A stretch of DNA of 64,000 nucleotides, from NCBI GenBank assembly GCA_951406725.2, contig OX597819.1, positions 33,108,001-33,172,000 on the forward strand, read 5' to 3'. A program made the translations under genes and the position numbers. Below the pieces are notes generated by a model. The model was not told the DNA's origin. It did not search any database and saw nothing but the letters and a program-made list of their open reading frames with translations. Source of the stretch: Octopus vulgaris. Its lineage: Eukaryota. This document shows positions 1 through 13,810 of the stretch, piece after piece; position 1 is the stretch's first letter, and the number at the start of each line of letters is the position of its first letter.

Positions 1-261
1 CACCTAAAGTACATCCTCCCAAATTTTACTCTCATGTAATAAATCTTAATGACTTCATTATTTCATTCTTTCTATTTTACATTATTTATGAATGTGATTG
101 AAATGGAATAATCAATAAAGCGGGTATTGTTTATTAATGGGGTGAAATAGTAAACATTAGGATAATAGAGATCGTTTTAATGTAATCCTGTTGCAGATGA
201 CCGACAGGAAGGTTAGAAATATTTAGGGATTTTTTCGGTTTGAACCACAGTTTTTTCTAGC

Positions 262-625
262 GTGGTCCAATTCTTTTCCATGCCAATGCTCGACTGCACG
301 TTACCAAGAATTGGGATACGAGAGTTTACCACATCCTCCATATTCCCATAATCTTTCACTCACTGACTACCACTGTTTCAAGTATACAGCCACTTTTTTA
401 AGACAAAAAACCTTCGTTTCCAACACCGAGTTCGAAACTGAATTCAAGGATTCCTTGGCATCAAAACTATTAAATTTTTATACCGAAGACCCTGTTAATC
501 GATGGAAGAAATGTATAGCTGTTCAGGGATCATATTTTGAATGATTAAACCTTTGAATAAGTTCAACATTTCATGAATATAGACTTATTTTTAAAACCGG
601 CTATTATTTTCCGAAGAACCTAATA
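262..625 (+). mobile_element. Mariner transposase 3' remnant with right TIR
   Basis: GPILFHANARLH and LGYESLPHPPYSHNLSLTDYHCF match mariner HDNARPH / HPPYSPDLAPSDYHLF; ends GSYFE*; followed by aaaccggctattattttccgaagaacctaaTA, resembling an Hsmar1-type TIR. Confidence 0.85.
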
Positions 626-639
626 CTTAATTTTTTGAA

Positions 640-936
640 GCATGGTATTTATTGTATCGGTATCTTATGTCGAACTGTTAAGTTATGGGAGCGTAAAGAA
701 GCAACATCAGTTGTCAAACGTTGGTGGAACAAGCACAAAATCGCCCACATAAATATATATATGTATATATGTAAGACGTGCTTCTTTCAGTTTCCGTTTA
801 ACAAATCCACACTCAAGGGTTTGATCGAACCGGGCCTATAGTAGAAACACTCGCTAAGGTACCACGCAGTGAGACTGAAACCGAAACCATGTGGTTCGCT
901 AGCAAGGTTCTTAGCATGCAGCCATACCTTCGCCTC
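640..936 (-). mobile_element. Degraded SINE family A copy
   Basis: Diverged match to young A copies (cttctttcagtttccg...aaatccac...ccacgcagtg). Confidence 0.7.
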
Positions 937-1183
937 CACACACTCATGTCTGCACACAGATGCTCCTTTTTATAGTCATTCAGAAAACCTTCGTAGTTTA
1001 TTTAATTTTGTCTTGAAAGTAACCTCAGGTATTGTAGATGTGTACAGTAGTTCTTCGAGTTATTATCTGCAAATCTTCAAATAATCGGTAATTACTCTTA
1101 ATAGTTGGGAAATGGCGGAAACCACCTCCATCATGATTTTGCTCCAACAGTTTAATTTTACTTCAAAGCTGTTGCCAGTTATA

Positions 1184-1382
1184 TACAAAGAGTTGCCGAA
1201 AAGTTCCTGGCTTTGGGTAAAAGAAAATGCAAGAGGATCAGTTAATTATAATTTTATTCAATATATTACCCTCTCAGATTAACACATATATTTTCAGTTT
1301 TTCTATGCCCCGTAAAAGGCCTCGGAATATTGGGCCTTCAACCAGATGTTTCGCCAAGAACTCTTCAGCACTCCCTCGTGTA
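1184..1382. mobile_element. Mariner-type MITE
   Basis: TIR-like ends gccgaaaagttcctggc / gccaagaactcttcagcactccctcgtg, TA-flanked; sister copy in reverse at 24160-24352. Confidence 0.7.
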
Positions 1383-1419
1383 TGCATATATTAAACAAAG
1401 TCAGCATTGCAACATAATG

Positions 1420-2115
1420 CTTAGTAAATACTAACCTCCCCTCACCATCTGGTTCTTTCCGATACACACATCTGAAATTTCTTCCACATCTTCAAATCAA
1501 CCCCCTCCACTTCCCTCTTAGCCTCCCCACCCAACCTCAAACAATACTTAATAAATCCCCACTCTTTTGAAAACTACCAACACAATTCCTTTGTCCCACT
1601 AACAACTACATTTGACCACCTCATCACCCCGCTTAGCTAGTGAACCAGTCAACTCCCCCAATTAATAAGAAGCCCCTTCCACTATCTCAACATTTAACTC
1701 TATAGCCTTTATACAAACTATTACAAAGGTCATCACTCACATACTACCTGAAGCACCCTTTCCCCTTCCTCCCACCTTCTACCTCTAATACTATCACTAA
1801 CCTCGTTATTAATCCTAACCCTGAAATCTCCCACTACTCTCTATCTAAACATCCCAACGCCCCTTCCTAACACACTTAGCCCTCCACAAAATCATTCCGT
1901 CTTTAAACTCCATCCTGTCAACACTTCAAATGTAAAATTTCCAATGTAAAATTCTCTCCTGAAGACAGAGGTGGTGTTATTCGATAATGGATCCAAGTAA
2001 CTATTATTATTTCAGAAAACTAAGCTCCCAGAAACAGCTGTTAGGCTTGTAAAACTCTACCCATTTAAATCCTGATATCATTTATATTCTGTAAGTTGGA
2101 CTACTTTATATCCAT
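1420..2115 (+). mobile_element. Probable Penelope-like 3' end with degenerate HHR (~1952-2045)
   Basis: C-rich tract, then ctctc-CTGAAGA...GAAA-cagctg-TT with palindromic stem III; stems I and II poor. Confidence 0.4.
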
Positions 2116-2140
2116 ACACATAGACGCAGGAGGGGTTATA

Positions 2141-2538
2141 GGCGCAGAAGTGGCTGTGAGGTAAGTAGCTTGCTTACCAACCACATAGTTCCGGGTTCAG
2201 TCCTACTGTGTGGCACCTTGAGCAAGTGTCTTCTACCATAAGCTCAGGCCGACAAAAGTTTTGTGAGTGGATTTGGTTGACGGAAACTGAAAGAAGCCCG
2301 TCGAATATGTATATATGTATATGTGTATATATTTGTGTGTCTGTGTTTGTCCCCCCACTATCGTTTGACAACCGATATCGGGTGATTATGTCTCCGTAAC
2401 CTAGTGAATTGGCAAAAGATATCGATGGAATAAGTACTAGGCTTACAAAGAGTAAGTCCTAGCGTTGATTTGTTCAACTAAAGGCGGTGCTCCTGCATGG
2501 CTGAAGTGAAATGACTGAAAGAGGTAAAAGAATAAAAG
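2141..2538 (+). mobile_element. SINE family A (tRNA-derived, CORE-like caccttgggcaagtgt, internal microsatellite)
   Basis: A box tggctgtgaggtaag, B box ggttcagtcc; more than 10 copies in window. Confidence 0.9.
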
Positions 2539-2886
2539 AACAAAACAATGTACATTTTTTTCTATTAAATGTAATATTCTGAGTAAATCGACTTGCCTAA
2601 CTTGCTTCTCATTATATTTACGCATCTACGGGCTCAAATTCAAATTTCTTGGGCACTTCGAAGTGTATTCTATATAGAGACTACCAGTCTCTAACTTGCA
2701 AACTATATTTATATGGATCAAACCAGTTTGATTCAAATTCGTTGGTACTCTTGAGTTTCAAGCGTTTGATCCGTATAAATATAGTTTGCATATATATATT
2801 TATGACTTGAAAGACTTCACCAGGTGGTGCTATTAAGTTAGACATGGCCTGGGCCAATAATGGCCGAAACCTATCAAAGTATCAAA

Positions 2887-3246
<360 letters not shown>

Positions 3247-3780
3247 GGAGACGCATGGATTAGTGATTAGGCTGAATGTCAAAGTCGACCACTGCAGTAT
3301 TTGAACTCTGGATGTCCGTCTCGTCATAAACGTTATACAAGTCAAGCCATATTTCCACGAATGAAGTGAAGGTCTTCTGTTTGCAATCATAGTTTGTTTA
3401 TCAATAATAATGAGAGTGAAAGAAACACTTTCCGAACAGTTTAACGTATTTAGTATTCTTTAAAATGCTCAGTATTCTGTTCAGAAAACTGAATGGACAA
3501 ACAATGCCCGTGATTAGAATTTTTTTTTTATCAAAGATGATTAGAGATATACTTGAAGACAGCAACTCACAAAGTGCTAACGTTGAATCTTACAGTAAAT
3601 AGCAATGGAGTCTTTTCTTATACTTGACGCAATACCTTATTGGTAAGCTGTAATAGAAATTACACTATCATTTCACACAATGCTATATTAAACACTATAT
3701 TGCATCGTTGTATTCATAATATAAATTTTTAATACTTGAAAACATCCGTTTGTATCAGACATCAGTGTAGCTTTGTAATC

Positions 3781-4156
3781 AAAGAAGCTTGAGAGGCGGT
3801 TGGATGGAACTTACACTCGCTTCCTTATGAGAGATCAAAATCTCTCGTGGAAGCGTCATCCAACCAAAGTACAAATATATGGGAAACTACCACCTGTATC
3901 ATCTCTTGTGAAAGGTAGGAGAGTCCAGTTTGCTGGACATTGTTGTAGACCTGGAAACGAGGCAATTTCTACTCTTCTCCTCTGGAAGCCATCTACTCGC
4001 GATACCAGAGGGCGCACACTCTCCTACCCCGAGGTAATCTCCAGGGATACAGGCATCCAACAACAGGACCTCCATAATGCTATGATGGACCGTGAAGTCT
4101 GGCGTAGCATAGTAAATTCCATTGTCTCGACCACGGTCGAACAATGATGATGATGA
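3781..4156 (+). mobile_element. RTE-type LINE, 5'-truncated 3' end
   Basis: RLDGTYTRFLMR...RRVQFAGHCCR...LLLWKPS...MMDREVWRSIV is a post-RT C-terminus typical of RTE-like LINEs; stop runs into a (TGA)n tail. Confidence 0.85.
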
Positions 4157-4627
4157 CGTAGTTTGTTGCTTCGTAAGCTTGATTAATTAAGCTGTATAAT
4201 AAAAATAGTAGAGTTTCATATACAACTGAATATACAAATCCTCCACCAATTCATAAATCTGGCGATATACCGAGTTACTACTGAGAGGAACCGATTGTAA
4301 ACATTTGTATATCTAGTGAGACTTTCAGAAATTGAGAATATTATTAGCGTCTCTCCAATTATGTATCGTTGTCCACATTTAGCTATTAATTTTGGTATCT
4401 TTTATAAATCAATAACGTAATTATCAACTTTTGGTTTAAGATATATCTAAAGTTGGGCGTCTTTCAAATGTCTTGTTTTGCTATGGTCGTATGCTCTAAA
4501 AAGCACATTTTCTGTGTGTAATTTCGAAAAGTGCACTTTTACATTTGATGCCTCACAGTTTTATAAGATAAGAGATTTTCATATTAAAGAGACAAATATC
4601 AACGATTATCTAAAGAGTGAGCGAGCG

Positions 4628-4682
<55 letters not shown>

Positions 4683-4769
4683 AAGAGAGAGAGAGAGAGT
4701 ATTAGTTCTAGATTACATTTGTTGAACTTCGTTTCAATATTCTTTGTATTTGGTTTTGATGTAATGGTT

Positions 4770-7700
4770 GTACTCTTCTTCATCAGATTAAGCTTGGTTG
4801 CATTCACATAACCTTGATCCATTACCCATCTGTAACGTGCGTCACGTGCCCTCTGAGTCATCTGTTAATTTGGCATTTGCCTTTGCAGGCTATCAATGAG
4901 TTTACGGCCGTATTTCGATGTCCAAAGTTGAGTGCCACTAACTAGCTCCCTCTTACTTTTCCAGGAATGTTCAGCTAAGCAAGCCCTTTTTTTCTTTCTC
5001 CAGTAGTGTCCTAGACATGAGCAAGTTTATTGCATAGGCACCAAGCATTCGAGTATATAGGTAACATCCATCATTGATTCGAGCCTTCGCAGGCTATCAA
5101 TGAGTTTACGGCCGTATTTCGATGTCCAAAGTTGAGTGCCACTAACTAGCTCCCTCTTACTTTTCCAGGAATGTTCAGCTAAGCAAGCCCTTTTTTTCTT
5201 TCTCCAGTAGTGTCCTAGACATGAGCAAGTTTATTGCATAGGCACCAAGCATTCGAGTATATAGGTAACATCCATCATTGATTCGAGCCTTCGCAGGCTA
5301 TCAATGAGTTTACGACCGTATTTCGATGTCCAAAGTTGAGTGCCACTAACTAGCTCCCTCTTACTTTTCCAGGAATGATCAGCTAAGCAAGCCCTTTTTT
5401 TCTTTCTCCAGTAGTGTCCTAGACATGAGCAAGTTTATTGTATAGGCACCAAGCATTCGAGTATATAGGTAACATCCATTATTGATTCGAGCCTTCGCAG
5501 GCTATCAATGAGTTTACGACCGTATTTCGATGTCCAAAGTTGAGTGCCACTAACTAGCTCCCTCTTACTTTTCCAGGAATGTTCAGCTAAGTAAGCCCTA
5601 TTTTTTCTTTCTCCAGTGGTGTCCTAGACATGAGCAAGTTTATTGTATAGGCACCAAGCATTCGAGTATATAGGTAACATCCATCATTGATTCGAGCCTT
5701 CGCAGGCTATCAATGAGTTTACGACCGTATTTCGATGTCCAAAGTTGAGTGTCACTAACTAGCTCCCTCTTACTTTTCCAGGAATGTTCAGCTAAGCAAG
5801 CCCTTTTTTTCTTTCTCCAGTAGTGTCCTAGACATGAGCAAGTTTATTGTATAGGCACCAAGCATTCGAGTATATAGGTAACATCCATTATTGATTCGAG
5901 CCTTCGCAGGCTATCAATGAGTTTACGACCGTATTTCGATGTCCAAAGTTGAGTGCCACTAACTAGCTCCCTCATACTTTTCCAGGAATGTTCAGCTAAG
6001 TAAGCCCTATTTTTTCTTTCTCCAGTAGTGTCCAAGACATGAGCAAGTTTATTGCATAGGCACCAAGCATTCGAGTATATAGGTAACATCCATTATTGAT
6101 TCGAGCCTTCGCAGGCTATCAATGAGTTTACGACCGTATTTCGATGTCCAAAGTTGAGTGCCACTAACAAGCTACCTCTTACTTTTCCAGGAATGTTCAG
6201 CTAAGCAAGCCCTTTTTTTCTTTCTCCAGTAGTGTCCTAGACATGAGCAAGTTTATTGTATAGGCACCAAGCATTCGAGTATATAGGTAACATCCATCAT
6301 TGATTCGAGCCTTCGCAGGCTATCAATGAGTTTACGGCCGTATTTCGATGTCCAAAGTTGAGTGCCACTAACTAGCTCCCTCATACTTTTCCAGGAATGT
6401 TCAGCTAAGCAAGCCCTTTTTTTCTTTCTCCAGTAGTGTCCTAGACATGAGCAAGTTTATTGTATAGGCACCAAGCATTCGAGTATATAGGTAACATCCA
6501 TCATTGATTCGAGCCTTCGCAGGCTATCAATGAGTTTACGACCGTATTTCGATGTCCAAAGTTGAGTGCCACTAACTAGCTCCCTCATACTTTTCCAGGA
6601 ATGTTCACCTAAGTAAGCCCTATTTTTTCTTTCTCCAGTAGTGTCCTAGACATGAGCAAGTTTATTGTATAGGCACCAAGCATTCGAGTATATAGGTAAC
6701 ATCCATTATTGATTCGAGCCTTCGCAGGCTATCAATGAGTTTACGACCGTATTTCGATGTCCAAAGTTGAGTGCCACTAACTAGCTCCCTCTTACTTTTC
6801 CAGGAATGTTCAGCTAAGTAAGCCCTATTTTTTCTTTCTCCAGTAGTGTCCTAGACATGAGCAAGTTTATTGTATAGGCACCAAGCATTCGAGTATATAG
6901 GTAACATCCATCATTGATTCGAGCCTTCGCAGGCTATCAATGAGTTTACGACCGTATTTCGATGTCCAAAGTTGAGTGCCACTAACTAGCTCCCTCTTAC
7001 TTTTCCAGGAATGTTCAGCTAAGCAAGCCCTTTTTTTCTTTCTCCAGTAGTGTCCTAGACATGAGCAAGTTTATTGCATAGGCACCAAGCATTCGAGTAT
7101 ATAGGTAACATCCATCATTGATTCGAGCCTTCGCAGGCTATCAATGAGTTTACGACCGTATTTCGATGTCCAAAGTTGAGTGTCACTAACTAGCTCCCTC
7201 TTACTTTTCCAGGAATGTTCAGCTAAGCAAGCCCTTTTTTTTCTTTCTCCAGTGGTGTCCTAGACATGAGCAAGTTTATTGTATAGGCACCAAGCATTCG
7301 AGTATATAGGTAACATCCATTATTGATTCGAGCCTTCGCAGGCTATCAATGAGTTTACGACCGTATTTCGATGTCCAAAGTTGAGTGTCACTAACTAGCT
7401 CCCTCTTACTTTTCCAGGAATGTTCAGCTAAGTAAGCCCTTTTTTCTTTCTCCAGTAGTGTCCAAGACATGAGCAAGTTTATTGCATAGGCACCAAGCAT
7501 TCGAGTATATAGGTAACATCCATTATTGATTCGAGCCTTCGCAGGCTATCAATGAGTTTACGACCGTATTTCGATGTCCAAAGTTGAGTGTCACTAACTA
7601 GCTCCCTCTTACTTTTCCAGGAATGTTCAGCTAAGTAAGCCCTTTTTTCTTTCTCCAGTAGTGTCCTAGACATGAGCAAGTTTATTGCATAGGCACCAAG

Positions 7701-9330
7701 CATTCGAGTATATAGGTAACATCCATTATTGATTCGAGCCTTCGCAGGCTATCAATGAGTTTACGACCGTATTTCGATGTCCAAAGTTGAGTGCCACTAA
7801 CTAGCTCCCTCTTACTTTTCCAGGAATGTTCAGCTAAGTAAGCCCTATTTTTTCTTTCTCCAGTAGTGTCCAAGACATGAGCAAGTTTATTGCATAGGCA
7901 CCAAGCATTCGAGTATATAGGTAACATCCATCATTGATTCGAGCCTTCGCAGGCTATCAATGAGTTTACGACCGTATTTCGATGTCCAAAGTTGAGTGCC
8001 ACTAACTAGCTCCCTCTTACTTTTCCTGGAATGTTCAGCTAAGCAAGCCCTTTTTTTCTTTCTCCAGTAGTGTCCTAGACATGAGCAAGTTTATTGTATA
8101 GGCACCAAGCATTCGAGTATATAGGTAACATCCATCATTGATTCGAGCCTTCGCAGGCTATCAATGAGTTTACGACCGTATTTCGATGTCCAAAGTTGAG
8201 TGCCACTAACTAGCTCCCTCTTACTTTTCCAGGAATGTTCAGCTAAGCAAGCCCTTTTTTTCTTTCTCCAGTAGTGTCCTAGACATGAGCAAGTTTATTG
8301 TATAGGCACCAAGCATTCGAGTATATAGGTAACATCCATTATTGATTCGAGCCTTCGCAGGCTATCAATGAGTTTACGACCGTATTTCGATGTCCAAAGT
8401 TGAGTGCCACTAACTAGCTCCCTCTTACTTTTCCAGGAATGTTCAGCTAAGCAAGCCCTTTTTTTCTTTCTCCAGTAGTGTCCTAGACATGAGCAAGTTT
8501 ATTGTATAGGCACCAAGCATTCGAGTATATAGGTAACATCCATTATTGATTCGAGCCTTCGCAGGCTATCAATGAGTTTACGACCGTATTTCGATGTCCA
8601 AAGTTGAGTGCCACTAACTAGCTCCCTCTTACTTTTCCAGGAATGTTCAGCTAAGCAAGCCCTTTTTTTCTTTCTCCAGTAGTGTCCTAGACATGAGCAA
8701 GTTTATTGTATAGGCACCAAGCATTCGAGTATATAGGTAACATCCATTATTGATTCGAGCCTTCGCAGGCTATCAATGAGTTTACGACCGTATTTCGATG
8801 TCCAAAGTTGAGTGCCACTAACTAGCTCGCTCTTACTTTTCCAGGAATGTTCAGCTAAGCAAGCCCTTTTTTTTCTTTCTCCAGTAGTGTCCTAGACATG
8901 AGCAAGTTTATTGTATAGGCACCAAGCATTCGAGTACATAGGTAACATCCATTATTGATTCGAGCCTTCGCAGGCTATCAATGAGTTTACGACCGTATTT
9001 CGATGTCCAAAGTTGAGTGTCACTAACTAGCTCCCTCTTACTTTTCCAGGAATGTTCAGCTAAGCAAGTCCTTTTTTCTTTCTCCAGTAGTGTCCTAGAC
9101 ATGAGCAAGTTTATTGTATAGGCACCAAGCATTCGAGTACATAGGTAACATCCATCATTGATTCGAGCTTTTAAGTTTTGGTTGTCCAGGTGGTAGCACT
9201 CTGAAGTAACTCGGATTCAACTACCGGCCAGAAGCAGTTCTTTTCAATAATATAGTAGCACCACATGAACCATTTTGTATGTTTTCCTACTTGTTTACGT
9301 GGCTAAGAAATATCTAATTGAGAGCAAATA
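4770..9330 (-). mobile_element. Decayed RTE-type LINE hosting the 204-bp satellite
   Basis: Minus strand across frameshifts: LLKKNCFWPVVESELLQSATTWT (right flank), LESMMDVTY/TRML and RACLAEHSWKSKRELVSGTQLWTSKYGRK (unit), PAK and QLTDDS (left flank); colinear with the RTE ORF at 3800-4147. Confidence 0.8.
4885..9168. repeat. Tandem satellite, 21 units of 203-205 bp
   Basis: gcaggctatcaatgag recurs at 4885, 5089, 5293 ... 8970; units differ by a few substitutions and T-tract length. Confidence 0.97.
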
Positions 9331-10194
9331 AACGATATTGAAACAAAATAGTATTTATAAAAACACATCCATACAGTCTCGAAAAATTTACAAATTTACA
9401 CATAAAATGTCTGAATAAATAATGTGCGACTATAAATAATAGGATGTTACATACAAAAAAACTTTATAAAGAAGAAAAACAATGAATTTGCATTTGGGAT
9501 TTTACGAAGCAAAAATTGTTTTAGATTCATTAAAAAGAAAACGATTTATAAAAACAGAAGGCTAAAACGTGTTAACACGAAGTAATAAATTTATAGAGAA
9601 CATCTTGTCGATGATTACATCTCGAAAATCACATTTACCTTATCTTACTCAGTATCGTATTATACGATATTGAATAAAAATTCTGCAAGTTGAAATCATT
9701 GCATTTTTTTTATATTTATTAAATTTTTTTGTTGTGTTTAGGGAGAGTCATTATGCCAATATTATTAACTCACGCACTGGTTCAATTCCACACCCTTATT
9801 ATCAGCCAATTGGTTAAATATCATTATCATTAACTAATTATTGATTGTTTGTTTAACTTGGTTAAATAGTAAGTCTTTTTGTTTTGTTTTTGTTTTGCTT
9901 TTCTTTTGTTAAAGTTCTTTAGTTGCTATTTGTAACCTTTTGAGCGACTTTTCTCTTAGTCCGTTACGGAGACCGCGTTTGTCTGTTTGAGACCTTGTTG
10001 CGTGTGTAAATTGCATGAAACTATTCTTGTATTACAAAATAACGTAAGAAAAAGTAGTTTTAAAACTAAAGTCATGTATAAAATAGAGTTGCAGTGCAGT
10101 AAATAATTTTCTGTCTTATACATATAAGCCAAGAAATCTTTTTTTTTTATTACACCTTTTTAGCTACCAAATGATATAATCGAAGAATGTCTTC

Positions 10195-11185
10195 TGGGTA
10201 ACTAGAAGCGAGTTAAAACATATTCAAAGTAAATTTAAATACACTCCAAACATTTTACAATAATCTTAGAGCAAATAAACATAATTTTAGAGAAAATATA
10301 ATCTCGGAACAAATTTAAATGATCTTGAAACAAATTAAAATCAAAATTATCACGGAGCAAATTAAGTAGTAGATATTTCGATAGAGTATAATAGATATCT
10401 ATGTTTTCAATCGTTGAACTTACGCCGATTTAAATGTAAAATTATTCCTTTCGGCTTAGGCCCACAGTAATGTGTTTTTACTTTAGGATAAGAGCAATAT
10501 TTGATCTTTTGCTACACGTACTTGTATTCTACAAAGCGTTGAGCTAGGAAACAAGCGTAAGCCAGGCAAGAAGTCTTCACTTGAAGTTCGCTTATGTGTA
10601 CTGTCAGTTGCTAAGCCAGAATCCATTGATGACGCATTTGGCATTAAGAAGCAACATCGTATAATTGGATACGCAGGGATCAGACTTCATAATTTGCACC
10701 ACAGTGGTGTCTGTGATAAAGTCAAGAAGATAGAACATGAAAATACTGTGTTATTTGTTGAGTAGTTAAACGAATGCACCTAATTAACAACGAATAAGCT
10801 TTGCAGTCATTTACATTAAAGCATAGATTAAAAGTTAATTTGTTAGAAGGTTGATTTCATTGAAGTAGGTGCATTTACAACCAGAATAAGAGTTCTGCAT
10901 TTCCAAAATAGCTGGTTCTCATAAACTCACGAAAGATGTTTTGATAGTTGATCAAGAAATGTTACCAGCTCAAATAAAACTATTTATAGCTTATTAAATG
11001 AAGGCATCGGAAATATGGTTTAATAGCTTTATTCACTTAGAAAAAGATTTAATTTGCTCCGAGATTATTGTAATCTGTTTCGAGATTATTTTAATCCAAT
11101 TCTAGCATTTTCAATTTGTTTGGAGATTATTTTAATTTGTACATAAAATGACGTAGTAAAAATGTTTTAACGTAATCACCCAAAA
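10195..11185. mobile_element. Old DNA transposon relic with inverted subterminal repeats
   Basis: taatctcggaacaaatt-like ~20-bp motifs at 10260-10365 mirrored by aatttgctccgagatta-like motifs at 11050-11140; degenerate ends gggtaacta..gttaaaacat / atgttttaacgtaatcaccc. Confidence 0.55.
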
Positions 11186-11572
11186 CTTAACCAAGACTAG
11201 AAACCGAGTGATAGAAATGAAATATCTAACTTTACGACGTCTTTTTATCAAAACAGAAGCAATGTCTCTCCCTTCATCTTCCGTTGCTTTCCCCACCATT
11301 TTCTCCATTTTCCCCTTTCTTTATTTTTTTTTCATCTTTTTAAAGTATTAATCTGTATTTGTATTTATTAAATAAAATCATGTTCTTCATTTAAAAAAAA
11401 TAATAAATTGCAACCGTACCGCTGTCTATCGACAAGGAAAACGTTAATAAATAATGTCTGGCATCGTGATTGTTCTTACTTTAATCAAATTAGTAAATAA
11501 TGTCTACATATTTTAATCATTGGAATTCTAATTATATTAATAAACAATGTAATATAAAGTTAATTTAATCTA

Positions 11573-11880
11573 GGCGCAGGCGCGGCTGTGCAGTAAGATT
11601 CTTGATTCCAACCAAGAGTCTTCTACTATAACCTCGAACCGACCAAAGCCTTGTGAATGGATTTAGCGGACGGAAACTTAAAGAATCCCGTCGTATAGGT
11701 GCTGTGCGTGTGTGTGGATTTGTGTTTGTGTTTGTCCTCCCCCATCACCGCTTGACAAACGGTGTTAGTGTGTTTATGTCCTCGTAACTTAGCGGGTCGG
11801 CATAAGATGCCGATAAAATAAGTATCAAGCTTTAAAAAGTATAAGCACGGGGCTTTATTTCAACAAAAACCCTTCAAATC
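11573..11880 (+). mobile_element. SINE family A, diverged
   Basis: ggcgcaggcgcggctgtg head plus family body. Confidence 0.8.
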
Positions 11881-12321
11881 CCTATTTCCAGTACACACAC
11901 ACACACAAGTAACAGAGTGACCCCACCCCGCCAAAAAGAAATAAAAAACCAACAAAAAACAAAAACAGTATCACGATACAATTTGCAAAGACTAAATCAT
12001 TGAAGTGGGAAATAATTATCAGAAAATCATTCTTGTTCAATTTTTCGAATATATACTTGCTTATGTGCATGTTTTTTTATTGAATTTTTTTTTTGTTCTT
12101 CTTAAGAGAGTTCAAGCCGGTCGCTAACAAAGCGACAAGATTTATTTTTTATTTAAAAGATTTCTCGGTGTTTTTAAATAAGTAGTTGAGTTGGTGTATT
12201 TGTTGAACTGTTGATGCATACACTTAAGTCTGCGCATCTGTTTTTCCTAAAGAATCTCAATGGAGAATTTTTAGAATATCTTGGAGAATCCACGTTTCTC
12301 TGTCTGTATGTATGCTTGTAT

Positions 12322-12730
12322 ACTCTTTACTCATTTACTTGTTTCAGTCATTTGACTGCGGCCATGCTGGAGCACCGCCTTTTAATCGAGCAAATCGACA
12401 TCGGGACTTATTCTTTTGTAAGCCCAGTACTTATTCTATCGGTCTCTTTTGCCGAACCGCTAAGTAACGGGGACATAAACACACCAGCATCGGTTGTCAA
12501 GCAATGCTAGGGGGACAAACACAGACACACAAACACACGCACGCATATATATATATATACATATATACGACGGGCTTCTTTCAGTTTCCGTCTACCAAAT
12601 CCACTCACAAGGCTTTGGTTGGCCCGAGGCTATAGTAGAGGACACTTGCCCAAGGTGCCACGCAGTGGGACTGAACCCGGAACCATGTGGCTGGTAAACA
12701 AGCTACTTACCACACAGCCACTCCTGCGCC
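12322..12730 (-). mobile_element. SINE family A, young full-length
   Basis: Nearly identical to 60346-60753. Confidence 0.92.
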
Positions 12731-12769
12731 TATGTTCTTTTGTGTGTGTGTTTTTTTTTTTATTCAACC

Positions 12770-13800
12770 TTTGAAGAAGGAGCTGGTTTCTAACAAAGAT
12801 ACAAAGCTCCATCGCTGGAATGTAGATAAAGAAAACAATGTCACATTTAAATCCGAGAAAAGTCTTGGTCTTCCACTTTCTTGCAATGTGCGAGTCAGTT
12901 GGTTGATTTTTTTGTCTTATGAAAATTCAAGCTTATTCAGACTGACAGGCATCTACTTTAAGGCATTACAAAGAGTAGCTTGCGAGCTGGACATATACAA
13001 TGATGAAACAAGGATGATATTGATGAGAAAAGGCAAAAAATGCCCGCCGATTTTCTGCTTCTCTAAAATATTGTTCTTTTTTTTCCAACAGAATAAACAA
13101 GACATGGTATTGAACCTCTCACGGCAGCTTTTACAATTATTGAACTTAAAAGTCCATTACAAATAATAATAACATGCAATAACATACAATAAAATATTCA
13201 ATATACAATCAACATTAGTCCATTTACAAATGAGGCGTCTTTCTCTTTGATTTTCACAGAGATATTCACATCAGCAGGACAGCTGACCTCTATGACGGTA
13301 CGTAATTTTCTTGCCTGTCCCAAACAACAATATCCAGCCTGTTATGCTTACACGTGACATATGTTTTCATGGGAATGTTCCACCAATATTGCTTGTGCTG
13401 GTTTTTTTTGTGTACATATTCAGTAACGGCGAGTCTCTATATTTATTCCCAAACAGTCATTTTTTTCCGGATGCCATTGTATATTGTTTATTGTCTTTCC
13501 GACCACGTCATGTCTCATAGGCAAGTAGTACCATGACATTTTTGAGGCAGCTGCTAATCGCATGTGTGATGTCTTCCACAGAAATATGACATAATCTACA
13601 TTTTCAATTGCATCTTGGGACTCCAAAAGTTTCACTGTCTCTTTTGTTTATTAGATATTTAGTAGCAATCTCCTGTTCTTGGATTGCAAACACATAGCTT
13701 TCGAAGTGTGATGTGAAGTAGTGGTCACGAGTCCAAGAGAGGCTTTACTTCGTGTCAATGTTACTGTTTTCTTCAAGTCTTCGGGAAACCTACTCATGCA
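12770..13800 (-). mobile_element. RLE-type (R4-like) non-LTR retrotransposon remnant
   Basis: Zinc knuckle CRLCHISVEDITHAISSC, YYLPMRHDVVGK, YWWNIPMKT, KHNRLDIVVWDR, IEVSCPADVNI (PD-(D/E)xK region), frameshifted. Confidence 0.85.
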
Positions 13801-13810
13801 TGGCCTTTTT

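Noticed and set aside
2845-2880. ggccaataatggccGAAAc as a hammerhead
   Set aside because: Stem II and GAAA are present, but there is no NUGANNA core or stem I
4885-9168. Regular array as a CRISPR or repeat-protein gene
   Set aside because: No unique spacers and no cas genes; the context is eukaryotic; frames are broken by stops and T-tract indels
12494-12697. Recurrent ORFs such as MSSNARG...EDTCPRCHAVGL and MVVIPAVLFHH as a gene family
   Set aside because: Translations of SINE A and SINE C copies
12687-13166. 159-aa plus-strand ORF
   Set aside because: Starts in a SINE and runs antisense through the RLE LINE remnant
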